Origin: Promethearchaeota archaeon
GTDB lineage: Archaea > Asgardarchaeota > Lokiarchaeia > Sigyniarchaeales > SOKP01
DNA length: 10,135 bases
Direction of reading: 5' to 3'
Assembly: GCA_011364975.1 (NCBI GenBank)
Contig: RDOE01000107.1
Coordinates: 1 to 10,135, forward strand
Both the position numbers and the translations under genes were made by a program. Position 1 is the stretch's first letter; the number at the start of each line of letters is the position of its first letter. Shown here one piece after another: positions 1 through 7,286 of this stretch. The notes beneath the pieces are model-generated. The model saw nothing but the letters and a program-made list of their open reading frames with translations, did not search any database and was not told where the DNA came from.

Positions 1-791
1 ACAAACGCATTTGATAAGTATTGCGGGCCGGTACCCCAGTCATTAAAATAGACTCTTAATGTTCCTCCTGATAGTTGGTTATCCAGTATGGTTATATTTG
101 TAAACCGAGGGAAACGGTTATAACCATATGGGATATCGTAGGCAAAGGAATTTCCAAATCCAGGATATACATTAAGATATCCAAGAATTCCGTAACCCGG
201 AATACTAGGACCTAGAGGTCCTCGTAATTTTGTTACATTCCAGGACGCAGTTGCATAAGGAGCCCAATCACTTATACTCATCCAATAAAGCGGTCTATTA
301 CCAGTCACAGCTGAATCAACTGTACTTCCAAGACAAAAATTAATATTTCCCAAAATGACCATTTGCCGATCAAGATTCCATTTGCAAACTGTGGCGTTCC
401 AATCTGAGCCATCGTGAAATTTAACATTTTCTCTAAGCGTAATATCCATATAGTCTACTCCATCATAATTCATAAACCCAGCAGCGTTCATTTCATTTGG
501 TCGAGAATGGATCGTCCAGTTGGTTGCAAGTAATGGTACAAAATTATCATAATCTCCAGTTGGCGCTACATATGGTAACTCAAATAATCCTTCAAGAGCG
601 TTATACCTGAAATAATCCCCAGTACTTGCTCCAAAACAAACACCATCCCAATTGCCTATGGGGGCTGGTCCACAAGCTCCCACAGTGAAATTGGGCGTCT
701 CTTCTTGAGCCACAACCACTAAAGGTAAAACTGGAAACACCATAGAAATAATAAGCAGAGAAAAAATTAATCCTTTTGACCAATTTCTCAT
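1..791 (-). CDS. ABC transporter substrate-binding protein, family 5 (DppA/OppA-like); 5' part only, truncated by the window edge
   Basis: Hand translation of the minus strand from ATG at 791 (AAGGAG SD about 10 nt upstream) is open to position 1. It begins MRNWSKGLIFSLLIISMVFPVLPLVVVAQEE (signal-peptide-like) and contains EGLFE...VPLLATNW...ITLRENVKFHDGSDWNATVCKWNLDR, matching the family-5 SBP signature (LA..W...LR..VKFHDG..FNA..VK.S.DR). It is absent from the ORF track because it has no stop in the window. Confidence 0.93.
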   Translation of the reverse strand, partial: MRNWSKGLIFSLLIISMVFPVLPLVVVAQEETPNFTVGACGPAPIGNWDGVCFGASTGDYFRYNALEGLFELPYVAPTGDYDNFVPLLATNWTIHSRPNEMNAAGFMNYDGVDYMDITLRENVKFHDGSDWNATVCKWNLDRQMVILGNINFCLGSTVDSAVTGNRPLYWMSISDWAPYATASWNVTKLRGPLGPSIPGYGILGYLNVYPGFGNSFAYDIPYGYNRFPRFTNITILDNQLSGGTLRVYFNDWGTGPQYLSNAF

Positions 792-862
792 TTTTATTAA
801 TCTCCTTATTTTTCTTGTTGATTACTTCTTATATTTTTTTGTTAAATTTTTTGTATCAAATT

Positions 863-910
863 AATTTACGACGTAAATTTATTTAAAGCTTGTGGAATTA
901 TATATTTAAA
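863..910 (-). promoter_or_regulatory. Putative archaeal promoter plus palindromic operator for the SBP gene
   Basis: The minus strand reads acaaatg-TTTAAATAT(910-902)-N14-TTTAAATA(887-880)-AATTTACG-T-CGTAAATT(879-863). The 17-bp palindrome is perfect, and the same cassette recurs at 7209-7257. Confidence 0.75.
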
Positions 911-1022
911 CATTTGTGAAAATTATAATTTGATGGTAACCAAATTGTGCAATGTAGAAGAAATATAAGGAACATTGCCTTTTTTGATATAATTTAATAT
1001 TAAAAAAATCAGGTTCTAGATA

Positions 1023-1559
1023 ATGTTGCAAGACAAAGAAAAACAATTTAAACCTGACAATAACAAGAAGAAAGGTAAAATAAAAATCGATTTTGGCCGC
1101 CAAGGTGGCACTTTTTTAGCTTATACACTTGTCTTACTAGGATATTATGGGCTTGTTGTTAACATCGTTATGGTTAATGAGTGGTTTTCTCTTACGGAAC
1201 AAACTTGGATAAGTTTTACTGAAATGGATAGAACAGTGTTATTTTGGACTCATGAAACGTATGTAGATACATTCTTTTTGCCTTTAATATTATTATTTGT
1301 TACTTGTTTTTTATTAACTTACAAAGAGGATATTCCGCACTATGGAATAAAAGCGTCAATCTGGCTTGTTCCTTTTATCATTCTTGAAGCGTTTATTTTC
1401 TATACATTCATGTTTGGTTTTAGTTTAGAGCCATTTATCCTACAATTTGGAAATTGGAACGGTTATCTCCATATTATTATTTTAATGGCAACCACGCTCT
1501 CTGGTGCTATAAGTGGTATGAAACTCAAACAATTAATTATATCAAAAAGAAAAATATAA
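1023..1559 (+). CDS. Hypothetical integral membrane protein (about 4 TM helices), first gene of the transporter operon
   Basis: 178-aa ORF with AGGT 8 nt upstream of ATG, a Lys-rich N-terminus, four hydrophobic stretches and a basic C-terminus. It ends 46 nt before the dppB-like gene on the same strand. No family recognised. Confidence 0.8.
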   Translation: MLQDKEKQFKPDNNKKKGKIKIDFGRQGGTFLAYTLVLLGYYGLVVNIVMVNEWFSLTEQTWISFTEMDRTVLFWTHETYVDTFFLPLILLFVTCFLLTYKEDIPHYGIKASIWLVPFIILEAFIFYTFMFGFSLEPFILQFGNWNGYLHIIILMATTLSGAISGMKLKQLIISKRKI

Positions 1560-1605
1560 TAAAAAAATTAAAACGATAAAATATCCAAAATAAGGGGAAA
1601 AAAAG

Positions 1606-2676
1606 ATGGCAAAACAACCAAAAAATATGATAAAATATATCATCAAACGGATATTAATGATGATTCCGATGTTGGTCTTAGTTCTAACTCTTTCTTGGCT
1701 CTTATCATATTTAATGGTACAACAAAATTTAGTTAATCCGGTTGCTGGTAGATTGGGTGCTACTCTTGATCCTGATATCATTGAAGCAGAATTACGGAGA
1801 ATTGGATACTATGATCCTTGGTTTGTTCAACTTGCTATATATTATAAGAATTTCTTCACAGGTAATTGGGGTCTCTCTTATAATATTATGCGAGATAAAC
1901 CCGTAATAGATTTAATATCAGAAATATTTCCAAGAACAATAGAATTAATGATAATCCCAATTATATTAAGTCCTATACTCGCAGTTAAACTTGGAATAGC
2001 TTCTGCAACCCATAAGGATAAATCAAAAGATGTAGGTGTTAGAACTATTGCAATCTTAGGAGCGGGCTTCCCGATTTTCTGGATTGCTGACATGATCCAA
2101 CGCTTTTTTGGGTACTATGTAAGTAATTTTACATATGAAAGCTTCGATATACCTGCATTTTTCGCAAATACTCCTGGATTAAGCCCGACCCCTCCACGTA
2201 TAACAGGATTTCGGATTATTGATAGCATACTAGCTAATAACCAAATTTACTTAATAGACACGATTATTCATTTGATACTGCCAGCTATATGTATAACTTT
2301 TGTCTCATTGGCGAGTATGACAAGACAAACGCGATCAAGCATGTTGGATGTTTTAAATCAAGATTATATCAGAACTGCTCGAGCTAAAGGTGTGTTAGAA
2401 CATGATGTAATAAACAAACATGCGATTCGCAACGCATTATTACCTGTCAGTAATCTTATTGTAGGAGGTACAGCGACTGCATTATTAGGCTCGTTTTTCA
2501 TAGAGGTTACGTTTAATTATAAAGGTTATGGCTATTACATGGTAATTTCTATATTAACAGGAGATTACCTAGTTACCCTCGGGCTCTTGGTATTTGCTAC
2601 CATAATAATCCTCACAGGGACTTTAGTAGCTGATGTTTTATATACCATCATTGACCCCCGAATTACATATACATAA
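1606..2676 (+). CDS. dppB: Peptide/nickel-family ABC transporter permease (DppB/OppB-like)
   Basis: N-terminal YIIKRILMMIP, DPWFVQLAIY...GNWGLS, FPRTIEL, HLILPA, EAA loop TRSSMLDVLNQDYIRTARAKG..KHAIRNAL and C-terminal ADVLYTIIDPRI. The symbol is family-level only. Confidence 0.95.
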   Translation: MAKQPKNMIKYIIKRILMMIPMLVLVLTLSWLLSYLMVQQNLVNPVAGRLGATLDPDIIEAELRRIGYYDPWFVQLAIYYKNFFTGNWGLSYNIMRDKPVIDLISEIFPRTIELMIIPIILSPILAVKLGIASATHKDKSKDVGVRTIAILGAGFPIFWIADMIQRFFGYYVSNFTYESFDIPAFFANTPGLSPTPPRITGFRIIDSILANNQIYLIDTIIHLILPAICITFVSLASMTRQTRSSMLDVLNQDYIRTARAKGVLEHDVINKHAIRNALLPVSNLIVGGTATALLGSFFIEVTFNYKGYGYYMVISILTGDYLVTLGLLVFATIIILTGTLVADVLYTIIDPRITYT

Positions 2677-2687
2677 AAATTGAGAGG

Positions 2688-3698
2688 TTGTTTAAAATAG
2701 CTGAACAAATTTTGAAAGAGAAAAAGGTAGAGGAGCGCACTCCTTCGGAATTCTCGAGAAAAGTGAAATTTCTTCGATTCTTAAAGTTCTATTTAATTCC
2801 TGGTTGGCGGGATCCAGACTTTTCTTTGCAAGAATATGAGATTGAAAAAGTAAAATCTAAAAGGAGATTGTTTCGACACCTTGTTAAACCTCTTACAATA
2901 ATAGGACTATTAATGATTTTATTTATTACTGTATTAGCTATATTTACACCTTGGCTGACAATCTATCCATTACAAGATCTAGTAGTACCAAATATTCCAC
3001 CTAGTCCACATGTGTTTGCTCCCCCGTCAGCAGAACATCCGTTAGGGACAACTTATAACGGATACGATGTTTTAGCTAGAATTATTTGGGGGGCTAGAAC
3101 TACAATTTTAACATCGTTGATCCCCGTAACAATATCCATTGGAGGGGGTCTTATTTTAGGCATTATTTCTGCGTATTTCGGTGGGGTTGTTGATTATCTT
3201 ATGATGCGCTTTGTAGACTTATTCTACGCTTTTCCAACACTGATACTCATTATCATAATTACTCCTCTAGTTGGTAGCGATTTATTAACTCTTCTTGTTA
3301 TTTATGGACTTCTTTTTATACCACTTAATATAAGGTTCATGCGATCCCTTGTTTTCCAAGTAAAGCAACTTGAATACGTCCAAGCCGCAAAAGTAGGCGG
3401 TGCGTCAAAGTTCACTGTAATGTTTAAACATATTTTACCAAACGCAATATCCCCTATGTTAATATCTTTTTTTGGAGGTGCCGCAATAGCAATTATAGGC
3501 TTAGCAGGTCTTGCGTTTATAGGATTTTCAGACAATACTGTAGCAAGTTGGGGTCTTGATATTTTATGGGCTCGAGGAAAATTTAGCAATATCAGCGCTG
3601 CTGTTTGGCCTGGATTGTTTATTGGAATTGCTGCCATAGGATATATACTCGTTGGAGACGGATTGCGGGATGCACTTGATCCAAGACTAAAATTATAA
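2688..3698 (+). CDS. dppC: Peptide/nickel-family ABC transporter permease (DppC/OppC-like)
   Basis: PPSAEHPLGTTYNGYDVLARIIWGARTT, MRFVDLFYAFP, EAA loop EYVQAAKVGGAS...KHILPN and C-terminal GDGLRDALDPR. The start is uncertain: TTG at 2688 abuts the GAGG SD, while ATA at 2697 has better spacing. The symbol is family-level only. Confidence 0.95.
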   Translation: MFKIAEQILKEKKVEERTPSEFSRKVKFLRFLKFYLIPGWRDPDFSLQEYEIEKVKSKRRLFRHLVKPLTIIGLLMILFITVLAIFTPWLTIYPLQDLVVPNIPPSPHVFAPPSAEHPLGTTYNGYDVLARIIWGARTTILTSLIPVTISIGGGLILGIISAYFGGVVDYLMMRFVDLFYAFPTLILIIIITPLVGSDLLTLLVIYGLLFIPLNIRFMRSLVFQVKQLEYVQAAKVGGASKFTVMFKHILPNAISPMLISFFGGAAIAIIGLAGLAFIGFSDNTVASWGLDILWARGKFSNISAAVWPGLFIGIAAIGYILVGDGLRDALDPRLKL

Positions 3699-3714
3699 AT
3701 AGGAGGGATCGAAC

Positions 3715-5673
3715 ATTTTAACTACAATATATCAAACGGAATTTGGATTAAATTACGGAAGAGCTATAATAGGGTCAATTTTTATTGCGGTTGCTTTATA
3801 TTTAATTTCAAATTTTATCAATAATCAAATTCCTGAGGAGCATCAACTTTCAAAAAAAGTGTTTAAAAAAAGTTCGGCAGTAATTTGTATTATATTATTA
3901 GGTATTATATTTGGTATTAAATCTCTTTTTGAAACTTTAGGATATTTTAATTACATATTTTTAATTTTCAATAATGATGCTGTATCATTCGCAATAATAA
4001 CAACACTATTTTACTTATTATATAAAAAAATGGTATTAAAGGGCAAAAGATTTGGAGCCTCAGAAGATGAATCCGTTAATAATCCATTTATGAAAATATA
4101 TAAAATATTTATTCTAATAACTTGGATAATTTCGATAATATTTATTTCAATTCCTCTTTTAGGGATTCAAAGGACTCAAACGATAGGACCAATAAAAGTT
4201 GACATTTTTTACCTTGGATTTATATGGGCAGGATTTACCGTTGGATTTGATATTCTCATCACAATTCTAATTAATAAGGTTCGTACAATTGAGAAGCAAA
4301 TTCCTGAGATACCTTTAAAATATGCTATGTATTCTGGGGGGCTAATCTCATTTGGAATTTGGTCAATACAATTAGTAATCTTTGAATTATATTTGAAAAG
4401 GTTATTTGGCATAATAGCATTTGATCAAGATATTCGAATATTAATTATTGTTATTAGCGGTCTTTATGCTGTCATATTTTATATATCATTGAAAAAGAAA
4501 TTTATGCCAAGTGCAAAGGAGAGGAGTGCGTTAAAACTCCAAAAAGCTTTAGAATTATTGAAAGATGAATCCTTAGAACTCTCTAAATTAAGCAGCAATC
4601 ACATTATTCTTAATGTGAAAGACCTTACCACATACTTTTATACAGAAGAGGGAGTCGTTCGTGCAGTTGAAAATGTTTCTTTTAAAATATTTGAAGGCGA
4701 AACTCTTGGTCTTGTAGGTGAAACTGGTTGCGGGAAATCGGTTACTGCATTATCGATTGTCCAACTAATACGTCCTCCAGGAAAAATAGAAAAAGGAAAT
4801 ATCTTATTCAGAGGAGAAGATTTATCTTTAAAATCGGAATCAGAGATCTTAAAATATCGTGGAAAAGATATAACTATGATTTTTCAAGATCCACTTAATT
4901 CACTTAATCCCGTTTTTAAGATAGGTAAACAAATATCGGAAGTATTTTTATTGCATATGGAAAATGAGCTACTGGTTGAAACTGCTAAATATCCTGATAA
5001 AAGTGTAAATAGTATCGCTCAGGAAAGGAGTGTAGCTCTTTTGAAAGATCTAAATATACCCCGTCCTGAAATAATTTTTGATAGATATCCACATGAATTA
5101 AGTGGTGGGATGCGACAAAGAGTTCAGATTGCGATGGCATTGGCATGCAGACCTAAATTACTCATTGCTGATGAGCCCACTACTGCGTTAGATGTTACAA
5201 TTCAGAACCAAATATTAAAACTGATGAAAGATCTACGTGTGAAATACAATACTAGTATATTATATATTACGCACGATTTAGGGATCATCTCTAAAATGTG
5301 TGATCGTGTTGCTGTAATGTACAGCGGATTTATTGTTGAATATGGAGATATAAAGAAGTTATTAACTAATCCTTATCATCCATATACGAGGGGACTTATA
5401 ACTTCTATTCCTGTTGTCGGAAAGAAGCAAACTAGACTTGAAGTTATACCGGGAATGGTCCCAAATCTAATTTATCCCCCTTCAGGATGCAGATTTCATC
5501 CTAGATGTAAATATTGTTTTGAGCCTTGTGATTCAATAGTTCCAAAAGAAAATGAGGTTGCGAAAGATTATTTTGTGGCATGTCATTTATATGATCCAGA
5601 ATATAAACCTTTAGCAGAAATAAGTATAAATAACGTAGAAGGTAAAAATGAGGTGGAGTATATCAATGAATAA
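3715..5673 (+). CDS. dppD: Peptide ABC transporter ATPase (DppD/OppD-like) fused to an N-terminal multi-TM domain
   Basis: Walker A GETGCGKS (4717-4740), Q-loop MIFQDP, signature LSGGMRQR, Walker B LLIADEPTTALD, H-loop ITHDL and C-terminal HPYT...GCRFHPRC...C...ACH. Roughly the first 260 aa are hydrophobic (about 7 TM). The ORF track starts at GTG 3859, but the frame is open from 3703 and AGGAGG (3701-3706) sits 8 nt before ATT at 3715, so the start given here is inferred. Confidence 0.92.
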   Translation: MLTTIYQTEFGLNYGRAIIGSIFIAVALYLISNFINNQIPEEHQLSKKVFKKSSAVICIILLGIIFGIKSLFETLGYFNYIFLIFNNDAVSFAIITTLFYLLYKKMVLKGKRFGASEDESVNNPFMKIYKIFILITWIISIIFISIPLLGIQRTQTIGPIKVDIFYLGFIWAGFTVGFDILITILINKVRTIEKQIPEIPLKYAMYSGGLISFGIWSIQLVIFELYLKRLFGIIAFDQDIRILIIVISGLYAVIFYISLKKKFMPSAKERSALKLQKALELLKDESLELSKLSSNHIILNVKDLTTYFYTEEGVVRAVENVSFKIFEGETLGLVGETGCGKSVTALSIVQLIRPPGKIEKGNILFRGEDLSLKSESEILKYRGKDITMIFQDPLNSLNPVFKIGKQISEVFLLHMENELLVETAKYPDKSVNSIAQERSVALLKDLNIPRPEIIFDRYPHELSGGMRQRVQIAMALACRPKLLIADEPTTALDVTIQNQILKLMKDLRVKYNTSILYITHDLGIISKMCDRVAVMYSGFIVEYGDIKKLLTNPYHPYTRGLITSIPVVGKKQTRLEVIPGMVPNLIYPPSGCRFHPRCKYCFEPCDSIVPKENEVAKDYFVACHLYDPEYKPLAEISINNVEGKNEVEYINE

Positions 5674-7069
5674 AACTCGTATTCTAAAAATAATCATTGG
5701 CTTGTCACTTATTTCAATGTACACAGTTTTGATAATAACAATAACGTATTACTTATTAGTGACCACCACTCCTCCTATGACCGTATTTATAATGGAAGAC
5801 TTTTTACTTTTTTTTAGTGTTGCTTACATTATTTCATTTTTTATCATTAACTGGGATGCTCGATCCCAATTAATTAGAGTGAAGCTCCATTTATATGAAA
5901 TTTCAGCACTTATTAGTACGGTCTTAATCTTTATTCCTTTACCAGAATTTATCTCAGGTAACTTTTGGGTATTTGTTATTATTTACAGTTTAATCTCAGG
6001 GATTATTAGTTTTGCTATTAAATATGTGACATTTAAAATAATTAAGGTTGAAAGATTTAGTGAAATCACTACTCTCAAACCAAGCAGGAATTTACTTGAA
6101 GTTAAAGTTCTTAGAGTACATTATCCTCTCCTAGGAGGTATTTTGAAAAGAAGAATAGGAGCTGTTAAAGCAGTTGATGGAGTTACATTTGATGTTAATA
6201 TTGGTGAAACAGTTGGATTAGTAGGAGAGAGCGGGTGTGGAAAAACAACTATCGCAAAAGCGATCCTAGGTTTAGTGGATATAACTAACGGAAAAATCCT
6301 CTTTCAAGACAAACCAATTCCTCCGGATTATTCATCTTATTTAAGGCAAAAGATTCAAATGATTTTCCAAGACCCTGATGCTTCATTGAATCCTCGTAAA
6401 AAAGTTGTTGACATCATAGCAGAGCCTCTCAAAAACCTTCTTGCTATATCTGATAAAATAAAACTCAGAAAAAGGGTTCTAGCATTATTAGAACAAGTAT
6501 CCTTAAAACGAGAACATATGGACAGATATCCTCACGAATTCTCAGGAGGACAAAAGCAAAGAATAGTTATAGCTAGAGCTTTAGCTTGCAATCCAGAATT
6601 GATAATTTTAGATGAACCTACATCCGCCCTTGATGTATCCGTTCAAGCACAAATTCTTAACCTGCTTAAAGATTTGCAAGGAACATATGGCTACGGATTT
6701 TTATTTATTACCCATAATTTAGCGGTTGTATCCCATGTTGCGGATCGTGTAGCTGTTATGTATCTTGGTAAATTTGTAGAGGTTGGAAGTAAGGAACAGA
6801 TTTTTTCAAATCCAACTCATCCCTATACCCGAGCCCTCCTCGCCTCGCGTTCTGAGATCAACCCTTACAATCAAGATATCAGTTTTGTTATTAAGGGAGA
6901 AGTCCCAAGCCCTATAGCTCCACCACCTGGTTGTACGTATAATCCACGCTGTACTTCTGAATTTCGCACAAAAGAGTGTGAATTAAATATTCCTCATAAG
7001 ATTGAAATTGAAGAAGGTCACTTTATATGGTGTAATAATCCACCGTCCTCTACACCGTCAAAAGTTTAA
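5666..7069 (+). CDS. dppF: Peptide ABC transporter ATPase (DppF/OppF-like) fused to an N-terminal 4-TM domain
   Basis: VKAVDGVTF, Walker A GESGCGKT, MIFQDP, FSGGQKQR, LIILDEPTSALDVSVQAQ, ITHNL and HPYT...GCTYNPRC...C...WC. I place the start at ATG 5666 (GAGGTGGAG SD at 5650-5658; 8-nt ATGAATAA overlap with the dppD stop) rather than 5648. Confidence 0.93.
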   Translation: MNKTRILKIIIGLSLISMYTVLIITITYYLLVTTTPPMTVFIMEDFLLFFSVAYIISFFIINWDARSQLIRVKLHLYEISALISTVLIFIPLPEFISGNFWVFVIIYSLISGIISFAIKYVTFKIIKVERFSEITTLKPSRNLLEVKVLRVHYPLLGGILKRRIGAVKAVDGVTFDVNIGETVGLVGESGCGKTTIAKAILGLVDITNGKILFQDKPIPPDYSSYLRQKIQMIFQDPDASLNPRKKVVDIIAEPLKNLLAISDKIKLRKRVLALLEQVSLKREHMDRYPHEFSGGQKQRIVIARALACNPELIILDEPTSALDVSVQAQILNLLKDLQGTYGYGFLFITHNLAVVSHVADRVAVMYLGKFVEVGSKEQIFSNPTHPYTRALLASRSEINPYNQDISFVIKGEVPSPIAPPPGCTYNPRCTSEFRTKECELNIPHKIEIEEGHFIWCNNPPSSTPSKV

Positions 7070-7202
7070 TTATTTAAAGAGAATTTGCTGGCTAAATAAA
7101 TAAAAATTTTTCGTCCCTAACCTCAATATAAGGCTTAAAGTATTAAGGCAGTTAACATATATTATATTTAGAAGGTTGTTTATTGAAACTTAAAAATCTC
7201 TA

Positions 7203-7259
7203 GAAAGTTTTAAATATTTTATTATACATACTTTTAAATAAATTTACGACGTAAATTTA
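7203..7259 (+). promoter_or_regulatory. Putative archaeal BRE/TATA promoter plus palindromic operator for the GRE gene
   Basis: gaaagt-TTTAAATAT(7209-7217)-N15-TTTAAATA(7233-7240), then the palindrome core. The perfect 21-bp palindrome TAAATTTACG-A-CGTAAATTTA spans 7239-7259 and ends 27 nt before ATG 7287. Confidence 0.78.
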
Positions 7260-7286
7260 ATTAATAATAAAAACAATTGTTAAATT

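Noticed and set aside
207-222. Inverted repeat AGGACCT-AG-AGGTCCT
   Set aside because: It has 7-bp arms, occurs once, lies inside the SBP coding sequence and is explained by the codons for RGPLGP.
601-783. 60-aa minus-strand ORF from the track
   Set aside because: It is an out-of-frame overlap inside the SBP gene, which starts at 791 and has an SD and a family signature.
980-1008. Imperfect AT-rich inverted repeat (TTTTTTGATAT...ATATTAAAAAA) before ORF 1023
   Set aside because: It is mostly homopolymer arms in AT-rich DNA, expected by chance and not repeated elsewhere.
906-1103. 65-aa minus-strand ORF
   Set aside because: It runs antisense over the start of ORF 1023-1559 and the AT-rich promoter region, and has no recognisable motif.
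1542-4412. Minus-strand ORFs 1542-1781, 1878-2093, 3302-3637 and 4209-4412
   Set aside because: These are antisense shadows of well-supported transporter genes.
5648-5665. ATG 5648 as the dppF start
   Set aside because: These bases contain the SD (GAGGTGGAG) for ATG 5666 and overlap dppD more deeply.
863-7259. The two inverted 25-bp copies read as terminal inverted repeats of a mobile element or inversion sites
   Set aside because: No transposase or recombinase is in the window and no target duplication is evident. Both copies sit at promoter-appropriate positions facing genes, which fits operators better.
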